A stretch of DNA of 64,000 nt from Octopus vulgaris (Eukaryota): the NCBI GenBank assembly GCA_951406725.2, contig OX597836.1:18104001-18168000 (forward strand). Reading direction: 5' to 3'. Shown here one piece after another: positions 53,740-64,000 of the stretch (its first letter is position 1; each line of letters starts with the position of its first letter). The notes beneath the pieces are model-generated. The model did not search any database. It was not told the origin of the DNA and saw nothing but the letters and a program-made list of their open reading frames with translations. A program made the translations under genes and the position numbers.

Positions 53740-55525
53740 CATGTTTATCAACGGCGACTCCAGCGGTTCAGAAAGAATATAATATCCATTCTGTATCGCA
53801 AGAGTCATCGGAGACAGCCATGCTGTAAGTCAATGCGTTGGGAGTTTATAGAGGGAATTAGAAAATATCTTTCCTTTTTACCTGTTTTGGTCTTTCGATA
53901 GAGGCCATGCTGGTGCCCCACTTGGAAGGGTTTAGACCAACAAATCAACACCAGCACTTTTTTCTAAGTCTGGTACTCATTCAGTTTATATTTATTGGAT
54001 ACTAGCAGTATCGCCCGACGTTGCTCGGGTTCAGAAAGAATATAATATCCATTCTGTATCGCAAGAGTCATCGGAGACAGCCATGCTGTAAGTCAATGCG
54101 TTGGGAGTTTATAGAGGGAATTAGAAAATATCTTTCATTTTTACCTGTTTTGGTCTTTGGACTGAGGCCATGCTGGTGCCCCACTTGGAAGGGTTTAGAC
54201 CAACAAATCAACACCAGCACTTTTTTCTAAGCCCGGTACTCATTCGGTTGATATTTATTGGATATATATACAGGTTGTTATGCAGAAGTGGGAGATAAAA
54301 ACATATATGCATGTATATCTGTGTGGGTGTTTGCAGTAGAAAGAAACAGTGAACAGACAAACCATTGATATCAGTTAAGATCATGTTTATCAACGGCGAC
54401 TCCAGCGGTTCAGAAAGAATATAATATCCATTCTGTATCGCAAGAGTCATCGGAGACAGCCATGCTGTAAGTCAATGCGTTGGGAGTTTATAGAGGGAAT
54501 TAGAAAATATCTCACATTTTTACCTGTTTTGGTCTTTGGACTGTGGCCATTCTGGTGCCCCACTTGGAAGGGTTTAGACCAACAAATCAACACCAGCACT
54601 TTTTTCTAAGCCCGGTACTCATTCGGTTGATATTTATTGGATATATATACAGGTTGTTATGCAGTAGTGGGAGATAAAAACATATATGCATGTATATCTG
54701 TGTGGGTGTTTGCAGTAGAAAGAAACAATGAACAGACAAACCATTGATATCAGTTAAGATCATGTTTATCAACGGCGACTCCAGCGGTTCAGAAAGAATA
54801 TAATATCCATTCTGTATCGCAAGAGTCATCGTAGACAGCCATGCTGTAAGTCAATGCGTTGGGAGTTTATAGAGGGAATTAGAAAATATCTTTCATTTTT
54901 ACCTGTTTTGGTCTTTGGACTGTGGCCATGCTGGTGCCCCACTTGGAAGGGTTTAGACCAACAAATCAACACCAGCACTTTTTTCTAAGCCTGATACTTA
55001 TTCGGTTGATATTTATTGGATACTAGCAGTATCGCCCGGCGTTGCTCGGGTTTGTAAGGGAAATAACCATATAAGCATTTTTAGAGATGTAAAGTATAAT
55101 AGCCATCTCAATATGGCTAACCACAAAGGGGGGTTTTACTGTAGCTTTTTACGTTCTGAGATTTAATAATACATTTTTAGAGAGTTACTTCCCTTATATA
55201 ATAGCAAAAAAATGCATTAAAAATGGGAAAAAATTATGGTAATTTTTTTTTAAATCGTAGACTCATCGTAGACGCGCGCTAATACCCAGAAGGGCTCGAT
55301 ATGAATCACGACTATAAGAGACCCACTTTTGGTTACACTGTGGGAGTAGTTAGGAATCAAAATCGTAGGAGACAGACACTAAATTTCACTTTTATATTTA
55401 AAGATATATACAGGTTGTCATGCAGTAGTGGGCGACAAAAACATGTATGCATGTATATCTGTGTGGGTGTTTGCAGTAGAAAGAAACAGTGAAGAGACAA
55501 ACCATTGACATCAGTTAAGATCATG
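53740..55525 (+). repeat. 379-bp tandem array (~4 units) containing a SINE2 tail remnant
   Basis: catgtttatcaacggcgactcc at 53740, 54382, 54761; units near-identical; identical minus-strand ORFs 54208 and 54587. Confidence 0.92.
55023..55404 (-). mobile_element. Non-autonomous Helitron
   Basis: Minus strand starts TC, ends cccgagcaacgccgggcgatactgCTAG; sits at an A|T; the empty site is present in neighbouring repeat units. Confidence 0.88.
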
Positions 55526-56674
55526 GCATTTGCATAGCTAGACATAGTTGTAGAACTGTTACAATAGGGTTGTTCGAATAGAAGGAGTAAGAAGGTGTAC
55601 AGATAGTTTCTTACAGCTGTTTCCAGAATAGACACATATATAGTGCATATGCGACATTGCGATCTGAGCACTTATTTTATATACCTATCACAATATATAA
55701 CTATCAATATACCTATCACATACGTCATTAGACGCAATTTTATCTGAAATATCTCTCTCTCCCTCCTTCCATTTCTCTCTCTAAATCTATGTATCATGTA
55801 TATATATGTATATATATATATGTATCCATGCACACTCACACACACATACACACACACACACAGATACACACACATATATCTGTATGTATGTATGTATGTA
55901 TGTATGTATGTATGTATATATATATATATATACTTATTTAGTTATTTATTTATTTATATATTTGCGACAATGTCCCAAGTTGCGATGCAGTAGGACTGAA
56001 GTCAAGACCAGTTGGGTGGGAAAAAAATTCTTGCATCACAGTCACACATACGAATATGCAAATTATAAATGAATCGTATAATTTCTAAGAAAATCTGAAC
56101 GCGGATGCAAAAGGAAATAGGAAATATGATGCAAAAATGGGTTTGGGTGGCAGCGTTAAATAATTGACTGAGGAAGCAAAACCTCTGAAGCTTCAGACTG
56201 ATCACAGGAATCCATACATGAATATATTTGGGAGAAAACTCGGCATCGATTTGATTTCGATCATTCCTGGTTTTTCCATGTTCTACTCTCTAGAATCAAA
56301 TAATCAAATCTTTCATCAAATCTTTCAGTCAATGTCACTTTACCTGTCTCTGTCTCTCTGCCTCTGTTTCACTGTCTAGCTGTTTGTCTGTCTGTCTGTC
56401 TGTCTGTCTCTCTGTTTGTTGTTTCTGTCCTTGTCTCTGACCCCACTCTCTCTCTCTCACCTTCATTCCTTCGATGTTTTTAAGCTTCTGTGTCTCACAC
56501 TTTGCCTGTCTGCATCTCTTTGTGTTAACGTATGTGTGTGTGTGTGTGTGTATGTGTGTGTGTATGTGTGTGTGTCTATGTGTATATACAAAGAGAGAGA
56601 CAGAGATTAAGATACACACACGCGTGCACACACACAAACACATACACACACACACACATATATATACACAGATG

Positions 56675-56762
<88 letters not shown>

Positions 56763-58243
56763 AGTGTATGTGTGTGTATGTGTATGTGTGTGTGTGTGTG
56801 TGTGTTTGTGTGAGAGTGTCTTCTGTGTATGAGTACATTTCCCTCTTTCTCGGTATACGCAACGAACACTCCCCCCTCTTTCTTTATAGTTCTCCCTTTC
56901 GCTCTCTACTTCACCGTGTTTCCTTCTCCCCTTCCCCTCTCACTCTCTGATTCTCTCTCCACTTGTACCATTCATGCCACTCTTGCACTCCAGTTTCGAC
57001 ACTCAACCAAATTACCTGACAAATTCCATCTTTCTACTAACCAAAAATGTCTTCATTCTCACGCGTTCACTCTTAATCTTTCTCCTTCATCCAGCACTTC
57101 AAAACACATACAACGCACCCCAGTACACACACACACACGCGCGCGCACACAGTCCCCTACCCATTCATGCGTAAACACACACCTACATACACACAGACAT
57201 GTGTGTACAAAAATGTCCACGCATATACCTTTACTTCCACGGTTTCTTCATCTCGCTCTATTCGTCGAACACACCTCTTCACTATTCGCCACACAGCTGC
57301 AGTTCCGATATTGGTGCCACTGTAACCAGAACCGTGATATTTCCATCGCCATAGCTGACAACAACCAGAGTATTACCACTCTGCCATCACAACCACCAAC
57401 AACTTCAAAAAGTCGCCCCCCCCCTACACACACAGACCAACACCTGCTATTCAAAAAGTAATTAGAAACGTCTATTGTAATTCTGTTCAATCTCTCATTG
57501 AGATAAAACATTGCAATGCGCTACAATTTTTAGATCAACAGCGATTGAAAAAGATATATTTGAATGGGCTACACATACAAACAAACATACACATTCGTAC
57601 ACACAGACATACGTATACACATATATACATACATACGTACATACATGAATAGAAACCCTCTGATTCAGACGCGCTAGTTCTTTTCTCATTTCTTTTCTCA
57701 CTATTCATCTCCTTCTTTATTTTTTCTCACTATTCATCTATCCTTTCCGTAAAAGGGCAAAGGCTCGAAACATTAAGCACTTCCGATTTCCTTCAGCGTC
57801 AACTTAATACATTTGTTCTTGTATCCGTCTTCAAGTTCCTTTTTGCTTTTGTACCATATGTGTGTGTGTGTTTGTGTGTGCGTGTGTATATATAAATGTA
57901 TATATGATATATATATATAATAATATAAATAATATATAGATATATGCATATATACATACATATATGTACATACCTACATATATATGTATATAGACATGCA
58001 TATATGGGTACAGGACATCAAAAATAACGTTGAGTACAATGAGAAACGAAAACATAAAAACAAAAACATAGAAACGAACATTTTTCAAACAACAAAAAAA
58101 CCCCAGAGAAACGAGACATACAACATAAAGAATATTCCCCTTCTTCAGTTGTCCCTGTTTCATCTACACCGCGTGTATACATGTATATTATATATATTAT
58201 ATATATACATAAAATATTTTATATATGTATATATACACACACA

Positions 58244-58287
<44 letters not shown>

Positions 58288-59084
58288 ATAGCTTAGGACA
58301 ATCAGAAAGTAGTCATTATAGTACTCAGAGTTTCAATTGCCGGAGCGAAGAGTTACGATGCATTCTCGTCGATTATTAATGCCAATAGACGTTATGCCAA
58401 TGACAAAAAACCAGTAAAAGAGAAAAGATAAAATCTACAAATAACTTAGTTGCTTCATAGCCTGCATTATTTCTTCCACTCTCACTGAATATTTTCAACA
58501 GATGCTAAATATTTTGTTATAAAGCTGTATATAAAGTTTAACGAATTAAAAATGTATCTTAAAATTTCAGTCGCTATTTTTTTCATGCTTTTTTTTTTCT
58601 CTCCTCGTTAAAGGCCAAATCTCATCTGAAACAGATGAGAAGAAAATTAGAAAAATATATGATATGGTCATTCGGAATTGTTTTCTTCAGTAAAACTCTT
58701 GAAAGTAGTATTTCAAATGTCAAGCAGTGTACTTTTGTGTTTCTCGAACATGAAGTGTACAAGAACCTTTTAATGTTTAAGTCGTTTGTCTTTGGTAAAC
58801 ATGTTTCACTAGTTCTTGAATGGCTTGATTAATTCAATTTTCGGTTAGTTTTGCGTTGTTTATAACTTCAGATTGAAGATAAGCAGAAATTCCACGTCGA
58901 TGTGGGTATTGTAAAGAAAATGGTGATACTACTCAAGAAGCAGGTAAGACAACAACAGAAAATATTTTGAAATTCACGAGGGTGAGAAAAAGCAGAAAAT
59001 GCCTTTTCTTTGCCTACCATCGAGAGAATGATTTATAGTTCCAGAAAACAGAACGAATATTGCAGACACAGGTAAGAGAAGGAT

Positions 59085-59410
59085 AGGTGAAAGAAGTACA
59101 TGTGAAGGAACTACAAGTGAAAGCAGTCCAGATGACAAAAATACAGGTGAAAGAAGTACAAATGAAAGTGCGAATGAAAGAAGTACAAGTGAAAGAAGTA
59201 CAAACGAAACAGGAGTGAGAGATAAATGGTTGGAGGAAGAACTAGGTAAGAGAGTACAGATGATGAAAGTACCAGGAATGTACAAGGAAAAGAACTACAG
59301 ATGAAAACACAAGAGAAAGAAGTACAGGTAAAGAAAGAATAGGCGAAACAAGTATTGGTTGAAGAAATAGAGATGAAAGATTACCGGGGAATGAAGTACA
59401 GGTGAAAACA
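59085..59410 (+). repeat. Degenerate 15-bp repeat (acaggtgaaagaagt)
   Basis: Recurs at ~59085, 59144, 59186, 59333, 59398. Confidence 0.7.
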
Positions 59411-59643
59411 GTAAACATACTCTTTTACTTGTTTCGGTTATTTTGACTGCGGCCATGGTGGAGCACCATCTTTAGTCGAGCATATCGTCCCCATTACTTA
59501 TTCTTTGTAAGCCTAGTACTTATTCTGTCAATCTTTTGCCGAGCCGGTAAGTTACTGGGACGTAAACAAACTAGCATTGGTTGTCAAGCGATGTTGGACA
59601 CACACACACACACACACACACACAAGCATATATACACACATGC

Positions 59644-59686
<43 letters not shown>

Positions 59687-59738
59687 AGGCTTGTGTACTT
59701 ATTACTCTACTGTATATATATATATGTATGTATGTATG

Positions 59739-59771
<33 letters not shown>

Positions 59772-59774
59772 CTG

Positions 59775-59894
<120 letters not shown>

Positions 59895-61293
59895 TACAGA
59901 GAGAGATTAAAACAACTGACAATGACTTGAATCACCCACTTGAAACTGAATGTTTTTTTCTTCTTTCTAAGGGCACGATTACCTGAAATTTTTGACGGAA
60001 GAAGTCAGCTGATTGCCACAAGTCCAGTGCTCAACAGGTACTATTCTATCGACACCGATAGGATGAAAGGCAAAGTTGACCACGACGGAATTCGAATTCA
60101 TTATTCTCTGTGCGATAGTCACTAAGTCGTCAATTTCATGGAGATGAGGTCAGTCGGTTACATCAACCCCCGCCAGTACTATCTGATATTTATTTTATTG
60201 ACTTCGACCCCGACGGAATTTCAGCTCAGAACGAAAAGACCCGGAAGAAACACCGGCGTGCTATAACGATTCGGCCAGCTCGTCACCTTATAATTAATTA
60301 ATAATAATATATCTTTATTGATAAATAAACACATACTTGTATATTAGCACATCTAAGGTGAATATTGATTTTTCGCGATTATAAAGTTATTTTAGTATTA
60401 TATGAATATGTAAAACTTATAGATTATATTCATAGCGGGGAGAGAAAAAAAGTTATATATTCTGTCTATAAATTATATGACTAGGTGAATTAGCTTTAAT
60501 ACCTTGGAAATGGCTATTAATAGCAATATAAAGGGAAATTATTACTCCTATAATTTGTAAAATATCTAGTTACAAATACCTAATATCAGCCCTACGGAAG
60601 CGAAACATTAATTTCTTTGGTGGTACGGCAAACTATTTTAATTCTCGAGATAACCTTTTACAACGATGATCGATATAAATAAACCATTAAGCAGTGAAAC
60701 ATAACGTAAAAGTACACACAAACACAAACAACACATGAAAAACTAATACAATTCAATGAATACTATTTGGAGAAAATGGGTTGAGGAATCATTAATAAAC
60801 GTTTCCAAGAGATAGACTTGTTCTCTTTGACAGGCAGAACGTCGTGGGTATATTTAGAAAACTAATGTAACTGGGAAAGAGATTAAAGTTCTTGTGCGAA
60901 TGTTATGTAAGAATTACTAAGATTATTAATATAAGACAACCGATGATGGTGTGGTTAGGTCCCCGTCATCTAGCGCGGTTCGGCAAAAGAGATCGATAGA
61001 ATAAGTACTAGGCTTACAAAGAACAAGTCCTGGGCTGGGGTCGATTTGATTCGAACTAAAGGCGGTGCCCCAGCATGGCCGCAGTCAAATGACTGAAACA
61101 AGTAAAAGAAAAAAAAATGAATTTAATCGGAATGAGAATGAAAGCCACATAGTTGCTTATTTGATAAAATAAAAAAAAGCATTACAAATATTTCACTACG
61201 TTGTAGCGAAATAAATACTTTAATTTGGTTACATCGTGTGTAGTTGTGACGGTATCACCAGTGATATCTGCTCCGCTAAGGGATCTCTATCTT

Positions 61294-61336
<43 letters not shown>

Positions 61337-61339
61337 TTC

Positions 61340-61558
61340 CTTCCGGTCTTTCAAAATGTGACCTCATGTGTACCGTTGTCGATTTTTTTCCCTCTGTCTT
61401 CCCTTCTCTGGATCTTTCCTTCTCCTATGTTTCCGACGAAGAGCTCCGCTCGAAACGTTGAACCCTCCTTCTTTCCTTCTTTCCTGAGCGTCCAATAATA
61501 CTATATTTGTTCCACGTCCTCGCATTGTTGTGTTTTTTGTGTTTTCTTGTTTGGATTA

Positions 61559-61570
<12 letters not shown>
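61340..61570 (+). mobile_element. PLE-terminal-repeat-like dispersed repeat with mutated hammerhead
   Basis: Inverted copy at 62910-63130; related pieces at ~46300-46520 and ~57735-57850; gttt-CCGACGA-aGAGC-tcc-GCTC-GAAAC-GTT. Confidence 0.65.
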
Positions 61571-61631
<61 letters not shown>

Positions 61632-61736
61632 ATTAATTAATAAATCGTAAGGTAGCAAAAAACATTTTTAGAAAAATTCTTTGTTACCAGTGGTCTAGCG
61701 AGAAAAAAAAATAGTCAAATGACTATATATTATTCG

Positions 61737-61847
61737 TATAAAAATACAGTGTACATTTAAATACATAAGATATGGCCATATCATAGCGAGTCAGATGTCC
61801 TGTTATGGCCATCTCTTATGTGTTTAAATGAACACTGTATTTTTATA
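61737..61847. repeat. Hairpin with ~47-bp arms
   Basis: tataaaaatacagtgtacatttaaatacataagatatggccata / tatggccatctcttatgtgtttaaatgaacactgtatttttata. Confidence 0.85.
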
Positions 61848-61903
61848 TCTATCTATCCATTTATTTATCTATCTGTTCTATATTTAAGAGATGAGGAATT
61901 ATG

Positions 61904-62061
61904 TACGTTATTTACATTTGACGAATATCTGTCTTCATATTGTTTGTTGTTAACACAACGTTTCGGCTGATATCCAGATGAAGGCCGGAGGGTATATCAG
62001 CCGAAACGTTGTTAACAACAAACAAGATTAGAACAAATATCCGTCACATGTAAATAATGTA
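61904..62061. repeat. Inverted repeat (~70-bp arms) centred on a PLE-type hammerhead remnant
   Basis: aacgtttcggctgatat / atatcagccgaaacgtt; centre cAGATGAaGGC...GCCGAAACGTT. Confidence 0.8.
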
Positions 62062-63017
62062 TCCATCTATCGACCTGTTTGTCTGTCTCTCTCTGTCTCT
62101 GTATGTCTGCCTGTCTGTTTGTCTCTCTTTCTCACTCTCTCTCTCTCCCTCTCTATCTATTGTCTGTCTGTCAATTTGCAGCACAACCTTGAAGAACCTT
62201 AGGTGAACTAATCAACCCCCATACGTATATTTTTTCATCAGCGTGATACTTATTCTATCGGTCACTTTAACAGAACCGCTAAGTTACGGGGTCGTAAACA
62301 CACCATCACCGGTTGTAAGCGACGAAGGATGGGTGGGGGTCAAAACACACACAAACATACATATATATATAGGACAGGCCTCTTTTAGTTTCCTTTTATC
62401 AATTCTGCTCTTGGTCGATCTCAGGCTCAAGTAGAAAAAAATTGCCCCAGGTTCCATGCAGAGGGAGTGAACCTGGAATAGTGTGGGTGGGAAGCAAACG
62501 TCTCACCACACAGCCACGCTAAGATCTTTTAATCGAAATCTTTTTCTTTAATCGAAATCTATTTTCGGTATATTTTGCAAGATATTATTTATATTATTAC
62601 AGTAATGCTCAATTCTGAAATTTGATTTTAATTCAGTAATCAGTGTTAAATTCGTGTATGACTGGTTAAATGTTTAGTTGGTAATACAAACAAATTTCCT
62701 AACAGTATTTGCGATATTCTATGAATCCCTTCATTATTTTACAGAGTCAGTCGTTACATTTCACTGGCTTTTTATATAAGTAATTTTCAGGCTGCTTGGC
62801 CATTCTATAGACCACTGTTGAGGCCCATACCCTTATAATAATTTAGCGCTGAAAGTAATAGAAACACATACATGTATTCAGAAAAATAATGTTTAATGTA
62901 AGAATATATATATATAGTTAATCCAAACATGAAAGCACAAAGAGAAAACACAACAACGCGAGGACGTGGAACAAGTATAGTATTATTGGACGCTCAGGAA
63001 AGAAGGAAAGAAGGAGG

Positions 63018-63052
63018 GTTTAACGTTTCGAGCGGAGCTCTTCGTCAGAAAC
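63018..63052 (-). ncRNA. Minimal type I hammerhead ribozyme motif, intact core
   Basis: Minus strand GTTT-CTGACGA-A-GAGC-tcc-GCTC-GAAAC-GTT-AAAC. Confidence 0.7.
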
Positions 63053-63157
63053 ATAGGAAAAGGAAAGATCCAAGGCAGGGAAGACGGAGGAAAAAAATCG
63101 CCAACGGTACACACGCGGTCACATTTTGAAAACGTATATATATATATATATATATAT

Positions 63158-63548
63158 AGCTTGCTAACCAACCACATGGTTCCGGGTTCAGTCCCACTGC
63201 GTGGCATCTTGGGCAAGTGTCTTCTGCTATAGCCCCGGGCCGACCAATGCCTTGTGAGTGGATTTGGTAGACGGAAACTGAAAGAAGCCTGTCGTATATA
63301 TGTATATATATATGTATGTGTGTGTTTGTGTGTCTGTGTTTGACCCCCTAGCATCGCTTGACAACCGATGCTGGTGTGTTTACGTCCCCGTCACTTAGCG
63401 GTTCGGCAAAAAAGAGACCGATAGAATAAGTACTGGGCTTACAAAGAATAAGTCCCGGGGTCGAGTTGCTCGATTAAAGGCGGTGCTCCAGCATGGCCGC
63501 AGTCAAATGACTGAAACAAGTAAAAGAGAAAGAGAAAAGAGAAAGAGA
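63158..63548 (+). mobile_element. SINE family 2, nearly full length
   Basis: Near-identical to 48138-48562; further partial copies at 3600-3775, 29040-29190, 30140-30320, 45470-45610, 59420-59600, 60937-61110, 62180-62520. Confidence 0.92.
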
Positions 63549-64000
63549 ATATATATATATATATGCCTTGAAGAGATATAGTCGAACAAATTGATGCCAG
63601 TACTCACTTTTTAAAGTCTGGTGGTTGTATTAAATTCTAAATAGGGACACAAGAAAAGAAGAGACGGAAAATACACACACAAACGTACATCTGTTAGCAT
63701 TCAAGGATCCTTAAAATTTCGCGCCTTTAACGATAATATTATTCACATTTGATGGAATCAGCTGTGAAAAGCTGTTGGGAATAACGTAACAGTATATGTT
63801 TATATACGACAATAGAAAGTAAAATATATATAATACAAGCAAAATAAGGCTGTGCAGCTGAAAGACAAGATGAAGATATGAAGAACGCAAAGGAAAATGT
63901 GTTATAAGACTGGAACGAAAAAGGGAACAGATTGAATATCTGAAGGAAATGTGATAAAAAACGAAGAGTGAAAAAAAAATAAACAAACCGCGTTGAAAGT

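Noticed and set aside
54208-54829. Two identical 80-aa ORFs
   Set aside because: By-product of the 379-bp tandem repeat, overlapping a SINE remnant.
56168-56200. CTGAGGA-AGC...GCT hammerhead start
   Set aside because: No GAAA box follows the stem.

Overview
AT-rich, microsatellite-saturated eukaryotic DNA. The SINE families resemble those I know from Octopus/coleoid cephalopods, but the species is an inference. Most ORF-track entries are artefacts of (TA)n, (CA)n, (TAA)n, (TACA)n and similar repeats. The real content is mostly mobile DNA: three tRNA-derived SINE families, R4/Dong-clade LINE fragments (most of them in (TAA)n tracts), RTE and CR1-like LINE pieces, mariner, maT, Tc1 and MULE remnants, a decayed Helitron PIF1 helicase, two non-autonomous Helitrons and Penelope-like (PLE) remnants. 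One clean intronless 99-aa ORF (19708-20007) looks like a genuine gene, and 32953-32979 (-) is a candidate first coding exon. The most interesting unexplained structure: (i) several sequence-unrelated minimal type I hammerhead-ribozyme motifs, often in inverted repeats; (ii) a SINE that transposes as head + variable-number ~185-bp units with a fixed junction and GGT-starting target duplications; (iii) a SINE tail matching a LINE 3' end in the same window; (iv) a 379-bp tandem array with both filled and empty Helitron sites. No CRISPR, rRNA or bona fide tRNA gene is supported. All calls are by eye; no searches were run.
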